From contig CAVTHK010000002.1 of the NCBI GenBank assembly GCA_963734495.1, forward strand, positions 96,001 through 160,000: DNA of 64,000 nt, given 5' to 3'. The notes under the pieces are model-generated. The model saw nothing but the letters and a program-made list of their open reading frames with translations. It ran no database searches and was not told where the DNA came from. Every line of letters begins with the position of its first letter. The stretch's first letter is position 1. The stretch comes from an uncultured Spirochaetota bacterium. Lineage in GTDB: Bacteria; Spirochaetota; Spirochaetia; SZUA-6; CAVTHK01. The translations under genes were made by a program, and so were the position numbers. Positions 1-8,832 of the stretch are shown here, piece after piece.

Positions 1-275
1 AGCTGCACGAACCCCTCGAAGAGGAAGGCGTCCCCGAGCACGTAGCCGATGAGCCCGGACGCGGCGAGAAAGGCGAGCTGGCGTGCGCCGGCCGCCTGCG
101 GCAGGATGCGGCCGGTGAGCGCCAGGTGCGCGAGCGCGGTCAGCGACAGCGCGAGCCAGAGGCGCACGTGGTTCACGGCGCCGGAGCCGATGCGCCTTCC
201 CGCAAAGGAGTAGCAGAGCGAGCTCACGGCCCACATCAACGCGACCGCGGCCGCAGCGAGGATCCCGGTGTTCAC
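1..275 (-). CDS. DMT/EamA family transporter (5' part; runs off window edge)
   Basis: Manual translation from GTG at 275: MNTGILAAAAVALMWAVSSLCYSFAGRRIGSGAVNHVRLWLA...LAFLAASGLIGYVLGDAFLFEGFVQ, typical EamA helices; not in ORF track because truncated. Confidence 0.8.
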   Translation of the reverse strand, partial: MNTGILAAAAVALMWAVSSLCYSFAGRRIGSGAVNHVRLWLALSLTALAHLALTGRILPQAAGARQLAFLAASGLIGYVLGDAFLFEGFVQ

Positions 276-351
276 CGGCCGCAGAGCATAGATCGGCCGG
301 CGGCCGGCACGCAAGGTGTGCAAAGGCGGCGCGCCGGTGCTAAGCTCGGGC

Positions 352-879
352 ATGGACTTCTTCGAGGCGATCGCCAGGCGGCACAGCTATCGGGGCGCCT
401 TTGAGCCGCAGCGGGTCCCGCGCGAGGACCTGCGCGCCATCGTGCAGGCGGGCATCCAGGCACCTTCGGGCTACAACGGCCAGTCGACCAGCTTCGTCGT
501 GGTGGACAGCGAGCCGCTTGTCGCGCGCATCGCCGCGATCACGGAGAATACGACTGTCGCCGGGGCGCCCGCGTTGATCGCGGTGGTGATGGATCCCGGG
601 GCCACGGCCGACAGAAAGTTCTGCTTCGGCGTCGAGGACTACGCCGCCGCGACGGAGAACATGCTGCTCGCCATCACGGCGCTGGGCTACGCGAGCGTGT
701 GGCTCGACGGAGCCCTGCGGAGCGAGGGCCGCGCCGCGGCAGTCGGCGAGCTGCTCGGCGTGCCGCCAGACAGGGAGGTGCGCGTGATCCTCCCCGTCGG
801 CGTCCCGGCGGAGGCGCATCGGCAGAAGGAGAAGAAGCCCTTCGCGGAGCGCGCCTCGTTCAACCGCTGGGAGCGTTAG
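352..879 (+). CDS. Nitroreductase family protein
   Basis: MDFFEAIARRHSYR, QAPSGYNGQS, ENMLLAITALGYASVW motifs; ATG at 352 preferred over track start 316. Confidence 0.9.
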   Translation: MDFFEAIARRHSYRGAFEPQRVPREDLRAIVQAGIQAPSGYNGQSTSFVVVDSEPLVARIAAITENTTVAGAPALIAVVMDPGATADRKFCFGVEDYAAATENMLLAITALGYASVWLDGALRSEGRAAAVGELLGVPPDREVRVILPVGVPAEAHRQKEKKPFAERASFNRWER

Positions 880-889
880 GAGCGGCCGG

Positions 890-917
890 CCGCCGCCGCC
901 CTGCGCGGCGGCGGCGG
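890..917. terminator. GC hairpin between convergent genes (possible terminator)
   Basis: CCGCCGCCGCC-ctgcgc-GGCGGCGGCGG, 11-bp perfect stem just after nitroreductase stop; no U-tract. Confidence 0.4.
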
Positions 918-1070
918 AATATGCCTTCCTTCGCCAGTCTCATCCATTCGATGGAACAGCTGAAGTGATCCTCGTAGGTCTGGATCAGCGTGAGCGCGTC
1001 GGGCCCGGACTGGTGCGCGCGGCCGTCGGACCTCTCGTCCTCGGGCTCGCCAAAGTGAAAGCGCACGCGT

Positions 1071-1664
1071 TCAGGGCTGCGGCTGTCCGAGGATCGCAGG
1101 CGGCTTGCCCCCCTCGGGCACGAAGATCATGGCGGCCGAGTTCATGCAGTAGCGCAGGCCCGTCGGCGGCGGCCCGTCGTCGAAGACGTGGCCGAGGTGG
1201 GAGCCGCTCAGGCTGTCGACGACCTCGACGCGCGTCATGCCGTAGGAAGTGTCGACGATGTACTTGACCGCGTCGGGCTTGATCGGCTCGTAGAAGCTCG
1301 GCCACCCGGTGCCGGAGTCGAACTTGGTCTTCGAGCTGAACAGCGGCTCGCCGGTCGCGGCCGAGTAGTAGGTGCCGGCCCGGTGGTTCTGGTCATACTC
1401 GCCGGTAAAGGGCTGCTCGGTGCCCGCCTGCCGCAGCACCTCGTACTGGAACGGCGTCAACCGCTGGCGCCATTCCGTGTCCGTCAGGCGCACGGGGTAG
1501 GCGGTCTTGAGGGCCTCCGATTCGGGGATGGCCGCGGCGAGCACCTGCGCCATCGGGCTGCCGGTGTCGCTCGCGATGCGCGTCTTTTCCGCCGAAGGAG
1601 CCGCGAAAGCCTGGCCGAGCCCGAACAGCACGGCCGGAAATACGATCAACGTGCGGATGTGCAT
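1071..1664 (-). CDS. msrB: Peptide-methionine (R)-S-oxide reductase MsrB with N-terminal signal peptide
   Basis: [35 protein letters not shown] motifs; hydrophobic leader ending AFA; AGGAG SD. Confidence 0.95.
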   Translation of the reverse strand: MHIRTLIVFPAVLFGLGQAFAAPSAEKTRIASDTGSPMAQVLAAAIPESEALKTAYPVRLTDTEWRQRLTPFQYEVLRQAGTEQPFTGEYDQNHRAGTYYSAATGEPLFSSKTKFDSGTGWPSFYEPIKPDAVKYIVDTSYGMTRVEVVDSLSGSHLGHVFDDGPPPTGLRYCMNSAAMIFVPEGGKPPAILGQPQP

Positions 1665-1799
1665 AGTTTACTCCTGCTGTCAGGAATATACTGAAGGGCG
1701 GCAAGCCGGGAGTAGCGCACCCGATCGGCGAGTCAGGGCTTGTCGCGGGCGTCGCCCAGCTCGTGACGCAGGCGGCGGACATCGTCGCCCATCGACAGG

Positions 1800-3035
1800 T
1801 CATGCCGTCCTCTCTCCTTTCGCAGTCCGTTCGCGAAACCATGGCAGGCTCGCCCGATACGCGTCGAATCGCTCGCCTTCGCGCTCGTCGCGGTCCGCCA
1901 GCTTGAGCCACATCGCCTGATCCTTGTCGCGGCCGCTGAGCTCGCGCCGGCTTGCCAGCCCCTCGGGGTCAGGCCCGGACCAGACCACCTCGCCCTTCTG
2001 CAGGTAGACGAAATTGCCGCCGTGGCGCGAGACGATCGCGGACCGGCGATCCTGGTAGACGAGCGCCTGCTCGCACGCGGTCTCGAGCCAGCTCGCGATC
2101 ACGCCGTGCGGGTCCTCGACCACCGAGTCGAAGACGCCGAGCGGACGGCTGACTTCACTTTCAAAGTCGATCTCTTCGAGGCGCACCGTGCCGTAGCCGG
2201 CCTCCGAAGCGGCCAGCAGGTGGTTGCGGTCGCGGCGGAAGGGTGGGGTGGGCCAGTCCGACGCGGGGTCGTGCCCCATGAGCCACGCGGCGCAGGCGTC
2301 GGTCGCGATGACGTGGTCGCCGGCCACCAGCGCGTCGCACACGCGGCCTTCGCCCCCCCACTCCATGCCCGACTGCCCGGTCAGGGCGTCGATGATCGCG
2401 AGGCACGGGTCGGCGATCCGGGCCAGGTCCGCGAGCACGTAGGGGAGGCGGACGAGATGGTGGAAATAGGACCGCGTCCGGCCTGCCGGCCGGCTGATCG
2501 GAGGCAGGCCGAAGAGGTTCTTTGTGGTGAGCGTCACGCCCATGAACTTGTGGTTCTTGAGCTTTGCGACCGAGACCACCTCGGCCCCCTCGAGGCAGGC
2601 GCTCAGGGTGTAGCGCTCGAAGATGCGGCCGCCGCCGGGCACGTCGTAGGTCTTGAAGGGAGGCAGGTTGGAATCGACGAACGAGACGCCAAAGTCGCGC
2701 AGGTGCTGCGCGTAGTTGAAGTCGCCGCCCATCAGGTGTTCGGGCGCGTACGGGTTGGTGTCGGTCGCCGTGATCGGGGCGCTCGTGCGCTCGCGCAGCA
2801 GGCGGAGCACGGCGCGGCAGACCGCGTCGTCGACCAGCTCGCGCCGCCTGCCTTCGAACCAGGCGATGCGTTCGGGGGGCTTCATCATGTTGAGCTTGAT
2901 CACGATGCGGTCGGCGCGGGCGAGGCGCTCCCAGGCGCGCTCGAGAGGGTCGGTCGCGGCGCGGAGAGCGTCGTAGATCTGCTGGTCGGACGCGCGATGG
3001 TCGCAGCGCACCGCGCGGACTGTGTGGGCTTTCAT
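1800..3035 (-). CDS. DUF362 domain-containing protein with C-terminal extension
   Basis: IVIKLN, VAKLKNH..GVTLTTKNLFG, IIDALTGQSG.EWG, VIATDA motifs; ATG at 3035. Confidence 0.85.
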   Translation of the reverse strand: MKAHTVRAVRCDHRASDQQIYDALRAATDPLERAWERLARADRIVIKLNMMKPPERIAWFEGRRRELVDDAVCRAVLRLLRERTSAPITATDTNPYAPEHLMGGDFNYAQHLRDFGVSFVDSNLPPFKTYDVPGGGRIFERYTLSACLEGAEVVSVAKLKNHKFMGVTLTTKNLFGLPPISRPAGRTRSYFHHLVRLPYVLADLARIADPCLAIIDALTGQSGMEWGGEGRVCDALVAGDHVIATDACAAWLMGHDPASDWPTPPFRRDRNHLLAASEAGYGTVRLEEIDFESEVSRPLGVFDSVVEDPHGVIASWLETACEQALVYQDRRSAIVSRHGGNFVYLQKGEVVWSGPDPEGLASRRELSGRDKDQAMWLKLADRDEREGERFDAYRASLPWFRERTAKGERTA

Positions 3036-3124
3036 GCGGGTACCCGCGGCTGAGGATACCCTACCGCGAGCGCGGGGCAAAGCCTCGGGCCGGTCGGGAG
3101 GCCGTTTCCCGCGGGGGGTGTCTC

Positions 3125-3187
3125 CCCATCCAAAAAAACCGGAAGATCCGAATGCACGGGCACGAATTTCCGGTTCTTTTCAATGGG
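3125..3187. terminator. AT-flanked long inverted repeat, probable terminator downstream of rlmN
   Basis: AAAAAAACCGGAA...TTCCGGTTCTTTT; T-tract on both strands. Confidence 0.5.
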
Positions 3188-3281
3188 AAGGCACCTGCCT
3201 CGGCCGGCGCGTCAGGCGGGTGAGGTGTCAGCCCGGGGCCACGACATCCATGTCGGCCCCGGGCAGGCACGTCCCCTGTGC

Positions 3282-4346
3282 CTAGTAGTCGACGGAGCCT
3301 TTCCGCTCGACGAGCGCCCGCGTGGACAACAGCCCGCAAGCCGCCGCAATGTCCAGGCCGCGCGACTTGCGGATCGTGGTCATGACTCCGCTCGCCTTGA
3401 GGCGCGCCTGGAACTCCAGCACCCGCTCGGGGAGCGAAGGCTCGAGCGGCGTCCCCTCCACCGGGTGGAAGGGGATCAGGTTCACACGGCTGCGGATACC
3501 GTGGAGCAGCCGCACGAGCTCCCGCGCGTGGCGTTCGGTATCGTTCACGCCGCGGAACATGATGTACTCGAACGACACGCGCCGGCGCTTGGGAACCGCC
3601 GCCCGGCGCAGCGCAGCGAGCACCTCGGCGAGCGGGTAGACCGTCTCGACCGGCATGAGCCTTCGACGCTCCTCCTCGAAAGGCGAGTGCAGGCTCACGG
3701 CGAGATGGCAGGCGCTGCGCTCCAGGAACTCCTCCATTGCGGGGATGATGCCTACCGTCGACACGGTGATGCGGCGCGGCGCGAAGCCGTACCCCCAGTC
3801 GGCGGTGAACGCTTCGAGGCTGGCGAGCACCGCAGCCAGGTTGTCCATCGGCTCGCCCATGCCCATGTAGACGACGTTGGTGACGCTCTCGCGCTCGGGC
3901 AGGCTGCGGTACTGGTTGAGGATCTCGCCGGGGGAGAGGTTGCCCTGGAAGCCCTGCTTCCCGGTCATGCAGAAGAGGCAGCCCATCTTGCAGCCGACCT
4001 GCACGGAGAGGCAGAGGGTGGCCCGATCGCCTTCGGGGATATAGGCAGCCTCGACGAAGCGCCCCGCGTGACTCTCGAAGAGGTACTTGCGCGTCCCGTC
4101 GGCCGACTCGCTCACTCTCGCGGGAGGCCGGACGCCGAGGTCCGCGTCCCGCGCCAGGGCGCCTCGCGCGGCCAGGGACAGGTCGCTCATCGCGTCGACG
4201 CTGTCGGCCGCGCGCCGGTAAACCCAGCCGGCAATCTGGCGGCCGGCGTAGCGCGGGAGGCCGAGCCGGAGAGCCAGCCCGTCGATCTCGCCGAGGCTCA
4301 TGCCGAGGAGGGAGGGACGGTCGGAGGGGCTGCCTTGATTCTTCAT
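3282..4346 (-). CDS. rlmN: 23S rRNA m2A2503 methyltransferase RlmN (radical SAM)
   Basis: CLSVQVGCKMGCLFC, MGMGEP, SLH, EYIMF, VNLIPF, DIAAACG motifs. Confidence 0.95.
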   Translation of the reverse strand: MKNQGSPSDRPSLLGMSLGEIDGLALRLGLPRYAGRQIAGWVYRRAADSVDAMSDLSLAARGALARDADLGVRPPARVSESADGTRKYLFESHAGRFVEAAYIPEGDRATLCLSVQVGCKMGCLFCMTGKQGFQGNLSPGEILNQYRSLPERESVTNVVYMGMGEPMDNLAAVLASLEAFTADWGYGFAPRRITVSTVGIIPAMEEFLERSACHLAVSLHSPFEEERRRLMPVETVYPLAEVLAALRRAAVPKRRRVSFEYIMFRGVNDTERHARELVRLLHGIRSRVNLIPFHPVEGTPLEPSLPERVLEFQARLKASGVMTTIRKSRGLDIAAACGLLSTRALVERKGSVDY

Positions 4347-4999
4347 CAGAAGTAGATCTCCGAGACGATGTGCTCGAACGGCACGCCGCGCGCGATCAGA
4401 AGGTCGCGCACGTCGACGACCATCGCCGGGCTCCCGCACAGCAGGTAATGCGCCTCAGGCTGAATTTCCGCCGAGAGCAGGTACGCGGTGAGCCGGCCCG
4501 GAAACACCGAGGGCTCCGCGGCCGCCGGGCAGCAGGGCACGTAGCTGGCGCCGAGAGCGGCGTGCAGGTCCTCCTGGTACAGCAGCCCTTCGAGCGTGCG
4601 GCTGCCCTGGATGAGCAGGCGCTCGCGCGTGCGGCCCGCGCGGACCATGGAGAGAAACGGCGCGACGCCGGTCCCGGCCGCGACCCAGACCGCTTTGCCG
4701 GCGGCGTCGCGGAAGCTCCCGGTCGGTTCGCCCACGAAGATCGCGTCCCCGGGCTCGAGTGTCGCCAGCCACGGCGTGAGCCTGCCGCCCTCGACCAGGT
4801 CGAACAGCAGCTCGACTTCGGGGTCCTGCGGGCCGCTCGCCACGCTGTAGCGCCGCGGCGTCATCCCGGCGTCCGCCGCCACCGGGACGCATTCTCCCGG
4901 GGCGAAGGAGAAGGAGCGCGGAAAGCGCAGGCTGAAGATACCTGGCGCGAGCTCCGCGAGCGCGCTGACGCGGGCCGCGGCGAGTCTTGCGTCGCCCAC
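4346..4999 (-). CDS. FAD-binding ferredoxin/flavodoxin-NADP reductase family oxidoreductase
   Basis: RRYSVAS, GRLTPWL, AAGTGVAPF, LCGSPAMV and C-terminal EIYF; GGGAGG SD; TGATG overlap with rlmN. Confidence 0.88.
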   Translation of the reverse strand: MGDARLAAARVSALAELAPGIFSLRFPRSFSFAPGECVPVAADAGMTPRRYSVASGPQDPEVELLFDLVEGGRLTPWLATLEPGDAIFVGEPTGSFRDAAGKAVWVAAGTGVAPFLSMVRAGRTRERLLIQGSRTLEGLLYQEDLHAALGASYVPCCPAAAEPSVFPGRLTAYLLSAEIQPEAHYLLCGSPAMVVDVRDLLIARGVPFEHIVSEIYF

Positions 5000-5018
5000 G
5001 AGGCAACCTCCCCGATCG

Positions 5019-5048
5019 AATCTACGAGCGTGGCGCGAAAGCGGTCAA
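5019..5048 (-). promoter_or_regulatory. sigma70 promoter for FNR-rlmN
   Basis: TTGACC-18-TAGATT. Confidence 0.6.
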
Positions 5049-5062
5049 GGCACGAAAGCGGC

Positions 5063-5115
5063 GGCGGCCGAGGCGGCGGGCAGGCGGCCGAGGCGGTCCA
5101 GGGCGGCCGAGGCGG
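5063..5115. repeat. Three direct repeats GGCGGCCGAGGCGG
   Basis: Copies at 5063, 5083 and 5102 (19-20 nt period), just upstream of the FNR -35. Confidence 0.7.
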
Positions 5116-5137
5116 CGGAAGCGGACGCGCCTGCGCG

Positions 5138-5626
5138 TCAGCCCGCCTCGGCGAGCAACCCTTCGAGGTCGAGGGGCAGGGTGGTCATGGAAAGCTCCCC
5201 GCCGGCGCGCTTCGGCCATCGCTCTTTCGGCCGGTCGCAGTAGAGCTCGACGCCGTTGCCGTCGGGGTCGCGCAGGTAGATCGCCTCGGACACGCCGTGG
5301 TCCGAAGCGCCATCCAGGGGGTAGCCGGAGTCTACGAGGCGCTTGAGCGTCGTCGCGAGCTCGCTCCGGCTCGGGTAGAGGATCGCGAAGTGGTAGAGCC
5401 CCGTGTGCCCGTGGGGAGGTGGGCTCGCGCCCTTTCCCGCCCACGTGTTCAGCCCGATGTGGTGGTGGTAGCCGCCGGCGGAGAGGAACACCGCCGAGTC
5501 GCCGTACCACTGCATCACGGCGAAGCCGAGAAGGTCGCGGTAGAAGGCCAGCGCGCGGTCGAGGTCCGCCACCGTGAGGTGGACGTGGCCGATCCGGACG
5601 TCCGGATGGGTCGACGGCCCGGTCAT
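5138..5626 (-). CDS. VOC/glyoxalase family protein (CatE-like single domain)
   Basis: IGHVHLTVADL, GGYHHHIGLNTW, GLYHFAI, DHGVSEAIYLRDPDGNGVELY; ATGA overlap with upstream SDR. Confidence 0.92.
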   Translation of the reverse strand: MTGPSTHPDVRIGHVHLTVADLDRALAFYRDLLGFAVMQWYGDSAVFLSAGGYHHHIGLNTWAGKGASPPPHGHTGLYHFAILYPSRSELATTLKRLVDSGYPLDGASDHGVSEAIYLRDPDGNGVELYCDRPKERWPKRAGGELSMTTLPLDLEGLLAEAG

Positions 5627-6622
5627 CCGAGGCGCTCCGTCATCGAGTGCCACGCCTTGAGCACCGCCTCGATCTCGTTGTCGATCGCCGCGTCGCTCAC
5701 CTTCTTCTCAGGGTGCGCCTCGTACCAGGCAACCGACATGCGTGCGCCTTCGTGGAACGGGATGCGCGGCGTGAACTCGGGCACCAGGCGCCTGATCTTG
5801 CTGTTGTCGAACACGAGGCAGTGCGCCTTGTCGCCGAGGAGCCCGGGGCCGCGCGACGGGACGATGCGGCCGATGATCTGCGAAGGGACGTGCACGAGCT
5901 TCGGCTCGACTCCGAGCGCCGCGCCGATGCTCCGGTGGATCTCGTTCCAGGTGTAGACGAAATCGGAGGTGATGTGGAACGTCTCGCCGACCGCCGCGGG
6001 ATTCCCCATCAGCCCGACGAAGCCGGTCGCGAAGTCCCTGCTGTGCGTGAGCGTCCACAGCGATTCGCCGTCGCCGTGCACGACGATCTCCTTGCCCGCG
6101 AGCATCCGCGCCGCGACGGTGTAGTCGCGCGACCCGAAGGTCGTCGGGAACCAGCCGTCGCTGTAGGTGTGCGAGGGCCGCACCACCGTCATCGGGAAGC
6201 CGCCTTCGGCGTAGGCCCGCGCGAGCCTCTGCTCGCAGGCGATCTTCTTTTGCGAGTATTCCCAGAATGGATTGAAGGCCGGCGTCGCCTCCGTGATGAC
6301 GTAGTGTGCGCAGGGGCTTGTGGTAGACGGATGCCGAGCTGATAAAGATGTACTGCCGCGTCTTTCCGCGGAACAGCTCGAGATCGGCCTCGATGTGCGC
6401 GGGTTCGTACGCGATGAACTCCGCGACCGCGTCCCAGGTGTGGCCGCGCAGCGCCTGCGCCGCGGCGGCCCTGTCCCGGATGTCGGCGCGGATCGACCGC
6501 GCGCCCTGGGGCACGGGGCTGTTGCCGCGGTTGAGGACAAAGACCTCCCACCCGCGCCGCAGCGCCTCCTTTGCCGCTTCGAGCGAGATGTTGCCGGTCC
6601 CGCCGATGAACAAGACTTTCAT
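5623..6622 (-). CDS. NAD-dependent epimerase/dehydratase (extended SDR); frameshift near 6310
   Basis: MKVLFIGGTGNIS...FISSASVY in one frame, YSQKK...RPSHTY in another; shift at a CCCC run. Confidence 0.88.
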
Positions 6623-6629
6623 GCGATCG

Positions 6630-6658
6630 AAGCTATTGCCGCGGAGGCAAGCCGTCAA
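6630..6658 (-). promoter_or_regulatory. sigma70 promoter, leaderless-type, for SDR-VOC
   Basis: TTGACG-17-TAGCTT, 7 nt before ATG, no SD. Confidence 0.65.
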
Positions 6659-6742
6659 CCCCCGCGACGGCGGACTGTCCGCGACGGCGGACGCGGGCGC
6701 GCCGCGCTGGCGGCGTCCGACCGCCCGTGCTACAGTGCGCGC

Positions 6743-7789
6743 ATGACATCGCGCGAGCGGGTGCTGGCCGCGCTGCGCCGCGAGCAGCCGGACCGCGTCC
6801 CGTGGGTCGAGCTTTCGGTCGACAGGCCCCTCGCTCAGCGGCTGCTGGGCTGGAGCGGGACCGCGGCGCCCGCCGCCGACCTCGAGCACAACGCGTACAC
6901 GCTGGCCGAGATCGCGGAGCTGGCCGGCCACCTCGGGCTCGACGATCTCTTCTACGTCCTGCGCGCGCCCGTGTACGTCAAACGGGTCGCCGGCAAGGAC
7001 GGCAGGGTCTTCTACGGCGACGGCCTCATCCGATCCGAAGCGGACCTCCCGATGATGCAGCTCCCCGATCCCCGCGACCCGCGCCTCTACGACGAGGCGC
7101 GCGCGTTCGTCGCGGCCAGGGGCGAGCGGGCCGCCGCGTTCATCACGCGGGCGGGCATCTTTTCCACGATCATGAGCATGGGCATCGAGGGCTTCTCGTA
7201 CGCGCTCTTCGAGAACCTGCCGTTCCTCGAGACGGTGCTCGACCGCTACTTCGACTGGTCGATCGCGGTGGCGGAACGCGTCTGCGGCATGGGGTTCGAT
7301 TTCTACGTGACCACCGACGACATGGCGCACAAGACCGGGCCGCTCTTCTCCCCGCGGGTCTTCCACGACCTCGTGATGCCCCGCTACCGAAAGCTCGCCT
7401 CGAAGGTCACCCTGCCGTGGGTGATCCACAGCGACGGGAACATCGAGCCGCTCCTCCCGGACCTGATGACGCTCGGCATCGCGGCGATCCACCCCGTGGA
7501 GAGGGGCGCCATGGACATCCGCGCGATCAAGGCCCGCTACGGCCGGCGCCTCTGCCTGCTGGGGAACGTGGACCTGAACATCCTCGGCGACGGCACGGTC
7601 GCGGAGACGGAGGACGAGGTGCGCGGCCTGATCCGCGACCTCGGCCCGGGGGGCGGCTACATCGTGTCGAGCGGGAACAGCCTCGCGAGCTACCTCAAGC
7701 CCGAGAACGTAGAGGCGATGGCCCGCGCGATCAGGGAGCACGGCGCTCTGGCCGCGCCCCGGAGTCGGGAAGGAGGAGGTAAAAAATGA
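6743..7789 (+). CDS. Uroporphyrinogen decarboxylase (URO-D/MtaA-like) family protein
   Basis: MTSRERVLAALRREQPDRVP, DDMA, IHSDGN, LLGNVD, GGGYIVSSGNS motifs. Confidence 0.88.
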   Translation: MTSRERVLAALRREQPDRVPWVELSVDRPLAQRLLGWSGTAAPAADLEHNAYTLAEIAELAGHLGLDDLFYVLRAPVYVKRVAGKDGRVFYGDGLIRSEADLPMMQLPDPRDPRLYDEARAFVAARGERAAAFITRAGIFSTIMSMGIEGFSYALFENLPFLETVLDRYFDWSIAVAERVCGMGFDFYVTTDDMAHKTGPLFSPRVFHDLVMPRYRKLASKVTLPWVIHSDGNIEPLLPDLMTLGIAAIHPVERGAMDIRAIKARYGRRLCLLGNVDLNILGDGTVAETEDEVRGLIRDLGPGGGYIVSSGNSLASYLKPENVEAMARAIREHGALAAPRSREGGGKK

Positions 7790-8335
7790 AGGTCGTCTGC
7801 CTGTCGGGAAGCCGCAACCGCGAGGGCCAGACCGGCCGCGCGCTGGGCGCGCTCGTGCGCGGGCTCGAGGCCGCGGGGGCGAGCTGCGAGCAGCGCTGGC
7901 TCCCCGAGCTGCGACTGGAGCGGTGCCGGCAGTGCAACGCCGACGGCTGGGGCCTCTGCAGGAGCGAGGGCCGATGCATCATCGAGGACGATCTCGGCGG
8001 CCTCGTCGACAAGCTCGCGGCCGCCGACCTCTGCGTGTTCGCGACGCCCGTCTACTTCGGCGACCTCGCAGAGAGCCTGCGCGCGTTGCTCGACCGGCTG
8101 ACGGCGCACCACGCGGCACTCCGCGGGCCTCGCCCGCATCGAGGGCCGCCGCGCCGCGGGCCTGTGCGTCGCCGGCGGTGGGGGAGGCGGGGGGCCGAGC
8201 TGCCTCGCGAGCCTCGAAAAGGTACTGCGCACCTGCGGGTTCGAGCTGATCGACGTCGCAGCAGCGAGGCGCCAGAACCTGGAGCAGATCCTGCCGTTGC
8301 TGGAGCAGCGGGGCCGCAGCCTCGCGAAATCCTGA
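7786..8335 (+). CDS. Flavodoxin-like iron-sulfur flavoprotein; frameshift(s) near 8100-8150
   Basis: GSRNREGQT, CRQC..C..C cluster, FATPVYFGDL; C-terminus VAGGGGGGGPSCL...RSLAKS* in another frame. Confidence 0.8.
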
Positions 8336-8415
8336 CCGCGGCGGCGGGCAAAAGGGGTAGCCATCCCGGGCGGAATCCGCTATGTTTCCGCCAGTCTGAA
8401 GCAGGAGGCAACAGG

Positions 8416-8808
8416 ATGCGTTTTACAAAGGGTGGCGGTCTCGTGCTGATGGTCGTGGTCATCGCCCTGTCGTCGTGCACCACGTTCCAGCTTTCGGGCA
8501 CGCAGGTCACGAAGCAGATCCCGAGCTACACCTCGGTGGGCACGTTCGACATCACGGTCGCCGTGCACGAGTTCCTGGGCGGGTCCGGCGGCCCCAACCT
8601 CCTGAACGTGACGGCGGATGCCATGGACACGGTGATCTACGACGCCATTCAGCGTGAGATCCAGAAGTACACCGCCGACGCGGCCGTGAACGTCACGGTG
8701 ACCTACCAGGCCACATTCGTCGACATCCTGCTGAACGCGATCACGCTGAACATCTATGCTCCGGCGCACGCGCACATCACGGGAACCATCGTCAAGTACA
8801 GCAAGTAG
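8416..8808 (+). CDS. Lipoprotein, Bor/TRL-like
   Basis: GGAGG SD, lipobox IALSSC, C-terminal TFVDILLNAITLNIYAP motif resembling Bor-type lipoproteins. Confidence 0.7.
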   Translation: MRFTKGGGLVLMVVVIALSSCTTFQLSGTQVTKQIPSYTSVGTFDITVAVHEFLGGSGGPNLLNVTADAMDTVIYDAIQREIQKYTADAAVNVTVTYQATFVDILLNAITLNIYAPAHAHITGTIVKYSK

Positions 8809-8832
8809 GTAGTGAAAGGAGGCGCCGCCTCC

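Noticed and set aside
1730..1803. Short ORF between DUF362 and msrB (MGDDVRRLRHELGDARDKP)
   Set aside because: Too short and no recognisable motif; may be an alternative frameshifted DUF362 tail
7786..8808. Flavoprotein-lipoprotein fusion (340 aa)
   Set aside because: Frameshift artefact; the lipoprotein has its own SD and ATG at 8416
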